Assembly: GCA_030158125.1 (NCBI GenBank)
Contig: JAOATL010000001.1
Location: 206 to 64,205, forward strand
Source: Limnohabitans sp.
GTDB taxonomy: Bacteria; Pseudomonadota; Gammaproteobacteria; Burkholderiales; Burkholderiaceae_C
Length of the DNA: 64,000 nt
Reading direction: 5' to 3'
Each line of letters begins with the position of its first letter. Positions within the stretch are counted from its first letter, which is position 1. The notes below the pieces were generated by a model. It saw nothing but the letters and a program-made list of their open reading frames with translations. It was not told the origin of the DNA and did not search any database. The position numbers were made by a program, and so were the translations under genes. This document shows positions 46,023-56,247 of this stretch, piece after piece.

Positions 46023-47637
46023 GCGCCGTATGTCGGTTTTGTCGATCGCGCAGCCCTGAGCGCGCCGCGTCTTTTATCTCTACAAAGGCTCTACCACCCA
46101 AAGGTAAATTTTCATTTGCCAGACACAAGGGTCGGGCACGCGCACCACTGGCCACGTAATCTTGAAGCAACAAGCGACGCACCCATTCAACATCCAGCGC
46201 GCGGGTCACAGTGAGATAGTGAAACACAGCATCAACCAGGGCCTCAGGTGTGAGGCCATAGGTTTTGGCGGTAGACAACCAAAGGTAATCAGAAAAATCC
46301 AAGAAAGACCAAAACGCAGAGGGCGCAGGCCCAGGTGCTTGCAAAATCAAAGGCAAACTGGATTTAAATCGACCTGAATTGGCAACCAAATCCCAATACT
46401 TGGCCAGTCGCGTGAAGCGCTTCAGCGTCGCAGCGTCTACGTCTTTGGTTTGACGAACCACATAAGGGGGCTGATCGTCGTAGATCATGTCAAAGGGCAC
46501 TGTGTGACGTGAGATGGGGGTGCCGCGCAAACGCTTCAAAATGCCCAGTTGGATTTCTTGCGGCCCAATGGCCCATAGGCGATCAAACCCCGCGGCAAAG
46601 CTGTCCAAACTTTCACCAGGTAAACCAAAAATCAAATCGGTGTGAAGGTGCGCATGAGACTCATTGATCAGCCATCGCAAATTGGCCTCGGTTTGGGCAT
46701 TGTCTTGCCGTCGCGAAATGAGTTTTTGAACCGTTTCATTGAAGCTTTGAATTCCCACCTCAAACTGCAAGACACCGGGTGGAAACTGTTCAATCAAGGC
46801 CTTGAGTTTGTCGGGCAAATGATCTGGAATGACCTCAAAGTGAACCAACAAACCCCCAGCACCTGGCACCCTCAATCGGTCTAAAAAGAACTGGAGTATT
46901 TGCACTGAAGCGTCAATTTTCAAATTGAAAGTACGGTCTACAAATTTGAAATTTCGCGCACCCCGTTCGTAAAGAAGCTTGAGTTCGTTCAAAAATGGCG
47001 CCAATTCAAAAGCCCACGCCGTTTTGTCTAAGGCGCTAAGACAAAACTCACATTTGAAAGGACAGCCGCGCGAAGCCTCTACATACAGCAGGCGGTTAGC
47101 CAAGTCGGCATCTGAGAATTGCTGATAGGGCAACTCGATTTGATCCATGGGGGGCTGCTCACCGGCGATCACTTTCATCAGCGGCTGGGGACCATGGACC
47201 AATTGCATACAGAGTTTGGGGAAGCTCACATCACCCCACCCCGTGATCACATGGTCAGAGAGCTGCACGATTTCTTGCTGATCGGTCTCGTGGCTCACTT
47301 CGGGACCGCCCAGCACAATTTTTAAACTGGGACGTTGTGCTTTCAGCAGACGAATCAATTCGGTGGTTTGCACGACGTTCCAGATGTAAACGCCAAATCC
47401 GATCACCTGCACTTGACCTGGTTGGGGCTTGCCCAAAGTAGCAAGCAGATGCGACACCATGTCTGCCAATGGCTTGGCCAAAGTGAATTCGATCAACACA
47501 GTTTGATCGGCCAAAGCCTGACTGCCATGGCGAGCCATATTGGCCATCAAGTAACGCAAGCCCAATGACGCGTGAATGTACTTGGCGTTCAGGGTGCTGA
47601 GGATAATGGCAGGAGGCAATGGTGCTGATTCGGACAT
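46009..47637 (-). CDS. B12-binding-domain radical SAM protein (DUF4080-type)
   Basis: LNAKYIH..LGLRYL, GFGVYIWN, LGGPEVS, SRGCPFKCEFC (CxxxCxxC), FVDRTFN, EVGIQS, DLI.GLPGE. Confidence 0.9.
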   Translation of the reverse strand: MSESAPLPPAIILSTLNAKYIHASLGLRYLMANMARHGSQALADQTVLIEFTLAKPLADMVSHLLATLGKPQPGQVQVIGFGVYIWNVVQTTELIRLLKAQRPSLKIVLGGPEVSHETDQQEIVQLSDHVITGWGDVSFPKLCMQLVHGPQPLMKVIAGEQPPMDQIELPYQQFSDADLANRLLYVEASRGCPFKCEFCLSALDKTAWAFELAPFLNELKLLYERGARNFKFVDRTFNLKIDASVQILQFFLDRLRVPGAGGLLVHFEVIPDHLPDKLKALIEQFPPGVLQFEVGIQSFNETVQKLISRRQDNAQTEANLRWLINESHAHLHTDLIFGLPGESLDSFAAGFDRLWAIGPQEIQLGILKRLRGTPISRHTVPFDMIYDDQPPYVVRQTKDVDAATLKRFTRLAKYWDLVANSGRFKSSLPLILQAPGPAPSAFWSFLDFSDYLWLSTAKTYGLTPEALVDAVFHYLTVTRALDVEWVRRLLLQDYVASGARARPLCLANENLPLGGRAFVEIKDAARSGLRDRQNRHTALKPS

Positions 47638-47750
47638 GGGTGGATTATCGTGTGCAAAGCAAGTGCCAACGAAGCTCAGGGTAATTGCGCTGGCTTTGAA
47701 CATGAGAATGCTTGAAACTGGACCATCTCCATTCAGCACCCCAAAATTCT

Positions 47751-48854
47751 ATGAAATCAGCGATTAAATTGGTTGGAACATTTTTGCTGCTGTGTGCAGT
47801 TTATTTGCTGACTTGGCCTACCCCTATCAAGCCAGTTTCTTGGGCTGCGCCCAAAGCGCCGGGATATCAAGGGCCGCACGCCGTGAACGACAAATTGGCA
47901 CAGTTGAACCTGCTGGACATGCAAGGCGAAGAAGGCCCAGAGCACATCGTCATGGGGCCGGATGGCAAGCTGTACACCACAGTGGCCAGTGGCAAGATAT
48001 TGCAAATGAATCCAGATGGCAGCGCACAGCAGGCGTTTGCTAATACTGGTGGGCGTGTATTGGGCTTTGACTTCGATGCACAGGGCAATTTGATTGCAGC
48101 CGATGCATTCAAGGGACTCTTGTCCATCAATCCCAAAGGCGAAGTCAAGGTCCTAACGGACAAAGTCAACAACGACCCCATCCGCTACGCAGATGCCGTG
48201 GTTGTTGCAAAAAGTGGCAAGATGTATTTCAGTGATGCTTCGACTCGCTTCAGTCCCAAAGAATGGGGTGGTACCTTTGAAGCCAGTATCTTGGACATCT
48301 TGGAGCAATCAGCAACCGGCCGCGTGCTGGAGTTCGACCCCCACACCCAAACCACGCGAATTCTGGCGCAAGGCCTCAGCTTTGCCAATGGTGTTGCCCT
48401 GAATCAAGCGGAAACCAGCTTGTTTGTGAACGAAACCGGCAAGTACAAAGTCTGGAAAATCGCCCTCACCGCCCAAAACCTTGAACTGGGTGATGACAAG
48501 GTTCCCGCCGGCGCAGAAGTCTTGTTTGATAACTTGCCAGGCTACCCAGACAATTTAATGCGAGGTTTGGATGGCAAGATTTGGTTGGGCTTTGCAAAAC
48601 CGCGCAATCCAACCATTGACGCATTTGCCGACAAGCCATGGCTTCGATCCTTGACGCTTAGACTGCCCCGAGCCTTATGGCCCATCCCCAAGGCCTATGG
48701 CCATGTCATGGCCTTTGACGAAAATGGCAAAGTCTTAAAAGACATGCAAGACCCCAGTGGTAGCTACCCCGAATCGACGGGTGTCACTGAAACCAAAGAC
48801 CGCCTTTACATTCAAAGCCTGCATGCCCATGGTTTGGGGTGGTTAAAAAAATAA
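47751..48854 (+). CDS. Strictosidine synthase-like / SMP-30 beta-propeller protein
   Basis: GPE, GR.LG, DA.KGLL, YFSDAS, FANGVAL, NLPGYPDN; N-terminal membrane anchor. Confidence 0.9.
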   Translation: MKSAIKLVGTFLLLCAVYLLTWPTPIKPVSWAAPKAPGYQGPHAVNDKLAQLNLLDMQGEEGPEHIVMGPDGKLYTTVASGKILQMNPDGSAQQAFANTGGRVLGFDFDAQGNLIAADAFKGLLSINPKGEVKVLTDKVNNDPIRYADAVVVAKSGKMYFSDASTRFSPKEWGGTFEASILDILEQSATGRVLEFDPHTQTTRILAQGLSFANGVALNQAETSLFVNETGKYKVWKIALTAQNLELGDDKVPAGAEVLFDNLPGYPDNLMRGLDGKIWLGFAKPRNPTIDAFADKPWLRSLTLRLPRALWPIPKAYGHVMAFDENGKVLKDMQDPSGSYPESTGVTETKDRLYIQSLHAHGLGWLKK

Positions 48855-48879
48855 ATGCAAATTGGTTACAGTTAGAGGC

Positions 48880-51444
48880 ATGACCATTGACATTGATGAC
48901 AAAAACTTCGACATCAACGGGCTTTCTCCCGAACTAGCAGCAAAACAACTGAAGGAAGACGGCCCGAACGAGCAGGCTGCAAGTCATCGCCGCAACTGGG
49001 TGGATCGAATTTGGGACATGAGCCATGAGCCCATGTTTGTCTTGTTAATTGCTGCAGCGGCAATCTATTTGGTGTTGGGTGACTTAAGCGAAGGGCTAAC
49101 GCTGGGCATTTTCGTCTTGGCCGTGTTGGGCCTCACGCTCTACCAAGAAGGCAAATCCGATCGATCCATCGAATCGCTCAGGGCATTGAGTCAGCACACT
49201 GCGCAAGTGATTCGTGCAGGCGTGATCATCAAGCTGCCCTCGGTCGAGATTGTCAAAGGCGATTTACTCATCATTTCAGAAGGCGATCGTATTTCTGCAG
49301 ATGGTTTTTTGGTGAAAGCCGACAATGTCACAGTCGATGAATCACTTTTAACGGGTGAATCTGTACCGGTTGAAAAACAGCTGCGCAACAACCAACAAGA
49401 ACGCACTTTCGTTTTTTCTGGCACCTACGTTATCCGAGGACAAGGCCTGGTGCAAGTCACAGCCACCGGACCGCGAACTGAAATTGGGAAAATCGGTGCC
49501 AGCCTGAACCAACTGGGCGATGAAGAAACACCGCTGCATCGACAAACTGCAAAGCTCGTCAAAATACTCAGCAGCTTGGGTCTGGTTCTTTGCACGGCCA
49601 TGGTGCTGACTTTGGGTTTCAGAACTGGCGAGTGGCTACCAGCCATCTTGTCTGGCATTGCGCTGGCCATGGCGATGCTCCCTGAAGAGTATCCGGTTGT
49701 ACTCGCCATTTTTCCGGCCTTGGGTGCGCATCGACTGGCCAAACAAGGCGTTTTGACACGGCGTATCAATGCCATCGAAACTCTCGGCGCCACCACTGTT
49801 TTGTGCACCGACAAAACAGGTACCCTCACCCAAAACCAAATGACCGTGCAGGCCTTGATGGTGCCCGACGAGGTTGACAAGTGGGCACTTTTCAAAGTTC
49901 CCTCCCGCATTGAGCCCAGCGAATTTTCTGCACAGTTTCACGAACTGGTTGAGCATGCCATTTTGGCAAGCGCTGCCAATCCGTTCGACCCCATGGAAAT
50001 GGCATTTCACCAGTTTGGTCAATCTTGGTTAGGCGGGACTGAGCACTTGCACGCGGATTGGACCTTGGTTCAAACCTATCCTTTAAGTTCTGAGTTGCGT
50101 GCCATGTCGCATATTTGGCAAGTTGCCAACACAGCGCAACATGTTATTTCAGCCAAGGGCGCGCCGGAGGCGATCATTCGTTTGTGCCATATGACGCCGC
50201 AGCAGCAAACCCATTGGGAAACGGCCATTGGACACATGGCTGAAACTGGCTTGCGCGTATTGGCAGTCGCTGAGGGTCATCACAGTGGCACCGCTTGGCC
50301 CACGACTTCGCATGAGATTGATTTTAAATTTCTAGGTCTCATCGGCTTGTCGGATCCAATTCGCGATGAAGTGCCTGCCGCCATGTCTGAGTGCCACCAA
50401 GCAGGTATTCGTGTGGTGATGATCACAGGCGACTACCCCAAAACAGCGCGTGTGATTGCATCACAGGCCGGTATGCCGTCAGGTGATTTGTTGACGGGCG
50501 ACGAAGTTGAATCACTCAACGACACCGAACTTCGGCAACGCATGCAACAAGTGAATGTTTGCGCACGCATTTCGCCACATCAAAAGCTGCGCATTGTTCA
50601 AGCACTCCAACACAATGGCGACATTGTCACCATGACGGGTGATGGCGTGAACGACGCACCGGCCTTGCGCGCGGCGCATGTGGGGGTTGCCATGGGTGCT
50701 AGGGGCACCGATGTGGCACGCGAAGCGGCAGACCTCGTCTTGGTCAACGACGACTTTGCGTCGATTGTGCGCGGCATACGCACAGGCCGACGCATATTCA
50801 CGAATCTTCAACGCTCCATGGCTTACATCTTTGCCATTCACATTCCAATCGCAGGGCTGGCCATCATTCCAATGCTGTTTGCATTGCCACCGTTGTTCTT
50901 ACCGCTGCACATCGCTTTGCTAGAAATGATCATCGATCCGGCATGTTCTTTGGCATTTGAAAGCGAACCTGAAAGCCCCGATTGCATGACCTCACCACCG
51001 CGGGACACCACAGCGCCGTTGTTTGGATTGCCCGCCATGCTGGAGGCTTTTGGCTTGGGTCTTTGGGTCCTGGCAAGTGCACTTTGCGCGTATTGGGCAT
51101 CCCAATATATCCAAGGCTCGGGGGATGCGGTTCATCAGACCAGGTCAATGGTCATACTGGCATTTGTCACCGCCAATGGGTTTCTCATTTTCATGGCGAA
51201 ATCTAGACATCACCTTGCATGGCAACACAACCGGCCTTGGAACAAAACGGCACTGCTGATTGCCGGCGGTACCCTTTGTTTGGTACTGGCCGCGCAGTAC
51301 ACCCCTGTGCTGGCACATTACCTCAGCTTTTCTCCACTTGGTTTGACGCAATTGCTTGTGAGCATGGCCTGCGGCTGCTTGGGTGGTTTGTATTACGCCG
51401 TTCGCTACGCGGCGTCACGAAAGCCATCTTTACGAGGCCAGTAA
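48880..51444 (+). CDS. Cation-translocating P-type ATPase (Ca2+-type, P2)
   Basis: DES.LTGES, PEEYP, DKTGTLT phosphorylation site, MITGD, TGDGVNDAPAL. Confidence 0.95.
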   Translation: MTIDIDDKNFDINGLSPELAAKQLKEDGPNEQAASHRRNWVDRIWDMSHEPMFVLLIAAAAIYLVLGDLSEGLTLGIFVLAVLGLTLYQEGKSDRSIESLRALSQHTAQVIRAGVIIKLPSVEIVKGDLLIISEGDRISADGFLVKADNVTVDESLLTGESVPVEKQLRNNQQERTFVFSGTYVIRGQGLVQVTATGPRTEIGKIGASLNQLGDEETPLHRQTAKLVKILSSLGLVLCTAMVLTLGFRTGEWLPAILSGIALAMAMLPEEYPVVLAIFPALGAHRLAKQGVLTRRINAIETLGATTVLCTDKTGTLTQNQMTVQALMVPDEVDKWALFKVPSRIEPSEFSAQFHELVEHAILASAANPFDPMEMAFHQFGQSWLGGTEHLHADWTLVQTYPLSSELRAMSHIWQVANTAQHVISAKGAPEAIIRLCHMTPQQQTHWETAIGHMAETGLRVLAVAEGHHSGTAWPTTSHEIDFKFLGLIGLSDPIRDEVPAAMSECHQAGIRVVMITGDYPKTARVIASQAGMPSGDLLTGDEVESLNDTELRQRMQQVNVCARISPHQKLRIVQALQHNGDIVTMTGDGVNDAPALRAAHVGVAMGARGTDVAREAADLVLVNDDFASIVRGIRTGRRIFTNLQRSMAYIFAIHIPIAGLAIIPMLFALPPLFLPLHIALLEMIIDPACSLAFESEPESPDCMTSPPRDTTAPLFGLPAMLEAFGLGLWVLASALCAYWASQYIQGSGDAVHQTRSMVILAFVTANGFLIFMAKSRHHLAWQHNRPWNKTALLIAGGTLCLVLAAQYTPVLAHYLSFSPLGLTQLLVSMACGCLGGLYYAVRYAASRKPSLRGQ

Positions 51445-53007
51445 TCTTTTAATTTTGACCAGCTCCCACGCATCCGCCACCCACTCGCACAACACCGCCC
51501 GCGATTCCCGTGGATCAATGATGTCCAAGATGCCAAATTTTTCAGCCGTTTTAAAGGGCGAGGTCAGGTTGAGATAGAACTTCTCAAGTTCAAGTCGCTT
51601 GGCTTGTGGATCTGGGGCAGCTTCAATTTCTGTTTTGTGAGCAGCCATCACACCGCCCTCAATGGGAATCGACCCCCAGCGCGCAGAGGGCCACGCATAC
51701 CGGTGGTTCAAGGCTTCACCATATTTAGGTGCATGCATACCACCTGCCATGCCAAAACAGCGACGAATGATGATGGAGACCCAGGGTGATTGGCATTCAT
51801 GAACAGCTTGGCCCACACGCGTTGCACCCAACAAGGTGCCGGCCAATTCGGCCTCAAGTCCAGTTGCATTGCCTGGCTGATCCACCAAATTGACGACAGG
51901 CAAGCCAAACTGACTGCACATGTTCACGTGTCGTTCCATTTTGTAAGCTGCTTGAACAGTCATTGCACCGCCCTGCACTTTTGGATCGTTGATCACAATG
52001 CCCACAGGATAGCCATTCAGCCTTGCCAAAGCGGTGATCACAGAACCGCCTTGATAGCGGCCAATTTCAAATACTGAATCAAGATCAAAAATACTTTTCA
52101 GTATTTTTCGCGGGTCAAAAATTTGACGACGATCTTTTGGAATAGCATCTTTCAACCAGTCGTCAGCGCGGCTGGGAGAATCGCTGCAGCTTGTCACCGG
52201 CGCCAAATGGTGAATGCTTCTAGGCATGTACGACAAGAATTTCTGCACCTGTTGCAGGGCATCTGCTTCGTCTGCCGCCTCGTTGTGTACAACTGCATTC
52301 TTGCGCTGAACTTTATAGCCGCCTAAATCATTTTTATCGATCTCCACGCCATAAGCCTGACGCACCACATGCGGACCAGCAGCCATCACTTGCGCTTGAT
52401 CGTTGACCAAAACGGAGAAATGCGACGACACAACTTTGATGGCACCCAATCCCACACATGAGCCTAATGCAACGCCGACCACAGGAACCGTCTTGAGCAA
52501 CTCGTTGGCAGGCCATGTGGGATAACCAGGAATTTTAGTTCCGCCCAATTGCATCAACAACTTGACACTGCCACCTGCTGAATCAACCAAGCGCACAAGC
52601 GGCATGTGCATTTGGTGCGCGTACCTTTCGATGTATATCCATTTTTCGGCAACCGTTGCTTCAGACGAACCTGCGCGAATGCTGAAATCATCCGCATGAA
52701 TGGCCACTTTTCGGCCGTCAATTCGGCCTGTTCCTGTGACCGTATTGGTAGGATCCAATTGAAAAAATTGCCCATCAGCATCTTGATGGCCTTTGCCAGC
52801 AATGCAGCCCATCTCTTGGAAGCTGTGCGCATCCACCAAGCCAGCAATTCTTTGCCGCACGTCCATGCGTCCGGCGCCGTGCAACTTGGCGAGCGCTTGC
52901 GGCCCGCCCATGGCCAATGCTTGATTTCGACGGCTTTCCAGTTCTGTTAACTCGGTTTGCCAGGCACCCTCAGGCTTAAAACGGACAGGATGTTGAATGC
53001 TAGTCAC
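51430..53007 (-). CDS. Acyl-CoA carboxylase/decarboxylase carboxyltransferase subunit
   Basis: G.M.VR.RI..LVD..SF.E.G, D.FSIRAGS, LVDSAGG, LARL.G.PVGI, LP...LVDQPG. Confidence 0.9.
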   Translation of the reverse strand: MTSIQHPVRFKPEGAWQTELTELESRRNQALAMGGPQALAKLHGAGRMDVRQRIAGLVDAHSFQEMGCIAGKGHQDADGQFFQLDPTNTVTGTGRIDGRKVAIHADDFSIRAGSSEATVAEKWIYIERYAHQMHMPLVRLVDSAGGSVKLLMQLGGTKIPGYPTWPANELLKTVPVVGVALGSCVGLGAIKVVSSHFSVLVNDQAQVMAAGPHVVRQAYGVEIDKNDLGGYKVQRKNAVVHNEAADEADALQQVQKFLSYMPRSIHHLAPVTSCSDSPSRADDWLKDAIPKDRRQIFDPRKILKSIFDLDSVFEIGRYQGGSVITALARLNGYPVGIVINDPKVQGGAMTVQAAYKMERHVNMCSQFGLPVVNLVDQPGNATGLEAELAGTLLGATRVGQAVHECQSPWVSIIIRRCFGMAGGMHAPKYGEALNHRYAWPSARWGSIPIEGGVMAAHKTEIEAAPDPQAKRLELEKFYLNLTSPFKTAEKFGILDIIDPRESRAVLCEWVADAWELVKIKRLLAS

Positions 53008-53996
53008 TTTGCACCCAATCCCAATTCTTGAACCAACTCTGCGATGGCTTTTTGCTCAGACAACATGTATTTCATGGAATCTGCATGGTCTCTGAAAACA
53101 GGTCGCCCACCATTTTTTTCGACCAAGGCCACCCACGCCGGATGCAGTGCAACTTTGCGCAGCGCGTCTTCCCAGAAGGCAATCTGGGCCGATGACATGT
53201 TGGGCGGCAAGAGCAAACCGTTGTACGTTACAAAATCAGCAGCAATGCCCTGCTCCCGCCAAGTAGGCACTTGAGCCAGGGGGCCAGTACCGCGTGTGGG
53301 GGATGCACTGGCCAGAACTCGAACCTTGCCAGCGGCTACCTGCGGCATGATGACCGGTGCTGTTGCCGAAATCACGTCGATGTGACCACCCAGCAGTGCG
53401 CCCATTGTTTCACTGGACGCCTTGAATGGGGCAACTGTTAAATTTTTCACATCCACGCCCGCAACCTTCAGCGGTTTAGCAATCGACAAATGCGTGCCAG
53501 ATCCCAATGCAGGCGCCACGCCAATTTTGAGTGATGTGGCATCTTTGCGAAGCGCTGCAACCAAATCGGTACCTGTTTTAAGGGTCGAATCTGCACGCAC
53601 TGCCACCATTTGCGTTTCCTCCACCATCATGGCCACCGGCGGATACTCTTTCAAGTCAGCCTTCAACATGCCTGCGGCAATGGCCACCAACGTACTGGTA
53701 TGGAAAGTCCCCAACCAATGCGCGTTACCAGCATTGCGTTGCAATTGTTGCAAAGAGATGATGCCCGCACCGCCCGGCTTGTAATCAATCAACATGGTTT
53801 GACCATGGATCAAATTCAGTTGGGTTAAAGCATCTTGAATACCCCGCGCATAGATGTCCACAGAGCCACCAGGGGTGACGCCCAGGACATACGTCATTCG
53901 TTCAGTCGGTTTCCAACTGCTGCTTTGCGCTGAAGCCTTCAAGCCCATGCCGCTCAATGCCATTGCCATTGCAAATTCACGTCGTTGTAAGTTCAT
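53004..53996 (-). CDS. Bug/TctC binding protein
   Basis: PGGSVD, KPGAGG, HIDV, G.VRVLA; RREF signal. Confidence 0.9.
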   Translation of the reverse strand: MNLQRREFAMAMALSGMGLKASAQSSSWKPTERMTYVLGVTPGGSVDIYARGIQDALTQLNLIHGQTMLIDYKPGGAGIISLQQLQRNAGNAHWLGTFHTSTLVAIAAGMLKADLKEYPPVAMMVEETQMVAVRADSTLKTGTDLVAALRKDATSLKIGVAPALGSGTHLSIAKPLKVAGVDVKNLTVAPFKASSETMGALLGGHIDVISATAPVIMPQVAAGKVRVLASASPTRGTGPLAQVPTWREQGIAADFVTYNGLLLPPNMSSAQIAFWEDALRKVALHPAWVALVEKNGGRPVFRDHADSMKYMLSEQKAIAELVQELGLGAK

Positions 53997-54018
53997 GCTG
54001 TGTCTCCGTTTGTTGTCG

Positions 54019-55194
54019 TTAAGAGGGTTTGAATGCCGCCAACACATCAGCGGTGTCTTGGCCTAACTCATGGCCTGTATGCCTGATGGCTCCGGGTGTG
54101 CGAGACAAGCGCGGCACCACCCCCATTTGCGTGGTGTGCCCTATTTTGGGATGCGGCACTTTGACCAACATGTTTCGCTCTAAAAAATGTGCATCTTGGT
54201 AAATATCGGCGATGGTGTACACACGCGTGTTGGGGACACCTACCGCTTCGAGCATGACCGCCAAATCTTGGCACGCATGCTGGCAAGTCCATTCAGCAAT
54301 GATTTGGTCCAGCGCCCTCGCATTGGCTGGCTCCCCTCTGGCCCGAATGTTGGCGAACTCTGGAACCTGCATCAAGTCGAGCCGCCCCATGGCTTGCATC
54401 AGGCGTTCACATGTAGGATTGCTATTGGCCGCAATCAAAATGTAACTGTCATCCTGGGTGGGATACAAACTGTTGGGTGCCATGCGCGGCAAATTAGCAC
54501 CTTCTCGCTTGGGCACGGTGCCGTGTTTTTCATAAGCAGGCACGATCGGCTCCATCTGCGTAAATGCCGTTTCGTACAAGGCCACATCCACCACTTGCCC
54601 CAAACCCGTCTTGTCTTTATCTCGCAAAGCGGCCAACGCGCCAAACGCCGCATAGGTGGAGGTCAGATAATCGGTCGTAGCCAAGGCCACACGGGCCGGT
54701 GGTCGATCGGGATCGCCGGTCATGTGACGCACACCGCCGACAGCCTCACAAATGGCGCCATACCCAGGCCTGGGGGCGTAGGGACCAGTTTGCCCAAAAC
54801 CACTGATGCGAACCATCACCAAACCAGGATTGGTTTGAGACAACGCCTCGAAACCTAAACCCAGTCGCTCCATGACACCTGGCCGATTATTTTCGACCAA
54901 GATGTCGGCGCTTTGAATCATGGCCTTGGCGACACGCAAGTCATCGGGATTCTTGAGATCCAGCACCACCGATTTTTTGTTCCGCAGCAGTGAAGCAGCA
55001 TACAAAGAAACATCGTCAACGTGCTGGCCCATTTGTCGAACGGGATCACCTTCGGGCGGTTCAATTTTGATCACCTCAGCGCCAAAATCTCCCATCAACC
55101 GAGTACAAGCTGGACCGGCAATGGTGGAGCAAATTTCAATCACCCTCAGGCCACGCAACGGTCCTGTGGGTTGCATCACACTGTCATCGCTCAT
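54019..55194 (-). CDS. Family III CoA-transferase (CaiB/BaiF)
   Basis: PL.GLRVIE, AGP, GAEVIKIEPP.GD, RNKKS..LDLK, EN.RPG, RISGFGQTGP. Confidence 0.94.
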   Translation of the reverse strand: MSDDSVMQPTGPLRGLRVIEICSTIAGPACTRLMGDFGAEVIKIEPPEGDPVRQMGQHVDDVSLYAASLLRNKKSVVLDLKNPDDLRVAKAMIQSADILVENNRPGVMERLGLGFEALSQTNPGLVMVRISGFGQTGPYAPRPGYGAICEAVGGVRHMTGDPDRPPARVALATTDYLTSTYAAFGALAALRDKDKTGLGQVVDVALYETAFTQMEPIVPAYEKHGTVPKREGANLPRMAPNSLYPTQDDSYILIAANSNPTCERLMQAMGRLDLMQVPEFANIRARGEPANARALDQIIAEWTCQHACQDLAVMLEAVGVPNTRVYTIADIYQDAHFLERNMLVKVPHPKIGHTTQMGVVPRLSRTPGAIRHTGHELGQDTADVLAAFKPS

Positions 55195-55946
55195 TTTAAT
55201 TTTCCTGATTTGACTTTGGCCCTTGCCGCCATTTGACGTGTTGACTCTAGGCTGGATTCATAGATGCGTGTGCGGGCCAATGCCACCAAGCTCTCGACAT
55301 CACCTTTGCGCTGTGCATCCAATGCCAGGCGCCATAAACTGGCTGAACGCTGACGCCGCTCAACGGTGGCCAAACCCAATTTGCTATAGCGCAAGGTTTG
55401 CAAAGACAGGCCCGTCAGCAGTCGATGAAGTTTTTGATTGCCAGCCAACCGTGCACACAAAAGGATCAGGCGATAAGTGGTTTCGGCATAATCGTCACCG
55501 CTGTGCGGATCGGACGCCAGTTTTTCAAGTCTGTCGGTGCCAGAGGCTAAAATTTGAAGCCATTCTGCTGATGGTTGTTTGCCAATTTTTCGAATCACCA
55601 CTTCGAACAAACCTGCACGAATTTCCATCAACTCATCAAGTTCTTTCTCATTCAACTCTGTCACGATGGCGCCACGCCTTGGCAACAAAGTGACCAGACC
55701 TTCCCGCTCCAAAATCCTCAAAGCATCTCGAATGGGACCACGGCTTACCCGGAACTCTTCGCTAAGCTCCGCCTCACCAATTCGAGCACCTGCCAACATG
55801 ACACTCGCCAAGATTCGATCACCGAGTTTGGCGGCTATTTGCTCTGGCACCGTCAAGGTCGGTATGTCTTGGTCGGCAAACAAACGAAAGGCGACTGTAC
55901 TTTCTGCAGCCTGATAGGCATCGACTGGTAAGTCTTTGACGCGCAT
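55191..55946 (-). CDS. GntR-family regulator (FadR/FCD)
   Basis: E.EL...F.VSRGPIRDAL..LE.EGLV...PRRGA.V plus FCD-like C-terminus. Confidence 0.9.
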   Translation of the reverse strand: MRVKDLPVDAYQAAESTVAFRLFADQDIPTLTVPEQIAAKLGDRILASVMLAGARIGEAELSEEFRVSRGPIRDALRILEREGLVTLLPRRGAIVTELNEKELDELMEIRAGLFEVVIRKIGKQPSAEWLQILASGTDRLEKLASDPHSGDDYAETTYRLILLCARLAGNQKLHRLLTGLSLQTLRYSKLGLATVERRQRSASLWRLALDAQRKGDVESLVALARTRIYESSLESTRQMAARAKVKSGKLK

Positions 55947-55949
55947 GGC

Positions 55950-56162
55950 CTACTCCAGGTGAATCACGACTTGGTCTTCTGCAACGGGCTCACCCTCCGC
56001 CACAAAAACCTCGGACACTTGCCCCGCACGCTCGGCTGCAATGGGAATCTCCATCTTCATTGACTCGACAATGATCAGGACCTCATCCGCCTGCACATCT
56101 TGACCCGGATTGACCAAGACTTTCCAAACTGTACCGGTGACTTCAGATTTAAGTTTCAACAT
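55950..56162 (-). CDS. Stand-alone biotin carboxyl carrier protein
   Basis: 70 aa; G.VWKV.V..G..V, ESMKME biotinylation motif. Confidence 0.9.
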   Translation of the reverse strand: MLKLKSEVTGTVWKVLVNPGQDVQADEVLIIVESMKMEIPIAAERAGQVSEVFVAEGEPVAEDQVVIHLE

Positions 56163-56176
56163 ATGTTAATTTAAAG

Positions 56177-56188
56177 ATTGTTAACAAT
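56177..56188. promoter_or_regulatory. Perfect palindrome ATTGTTAACAAT, FadR-type operator candidate
   Basis: 12-bp palindrome (TTGT-N2-ACAA) 15 nt upstream of the biotin carrier ATG. Confidence 0.65.
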
Positions 56189-56247
56189 ATTATGAAATCA
56201 AAAAACAACTCGCCTATCCGCGATAACCCTAGGGACAAAAATTTGGC

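Noticed and set aside
47700-47720. Fur box in the radical SAM / SSL intergenic region (ATGAGAATG)
   Set aside because: Only one half-site matches.
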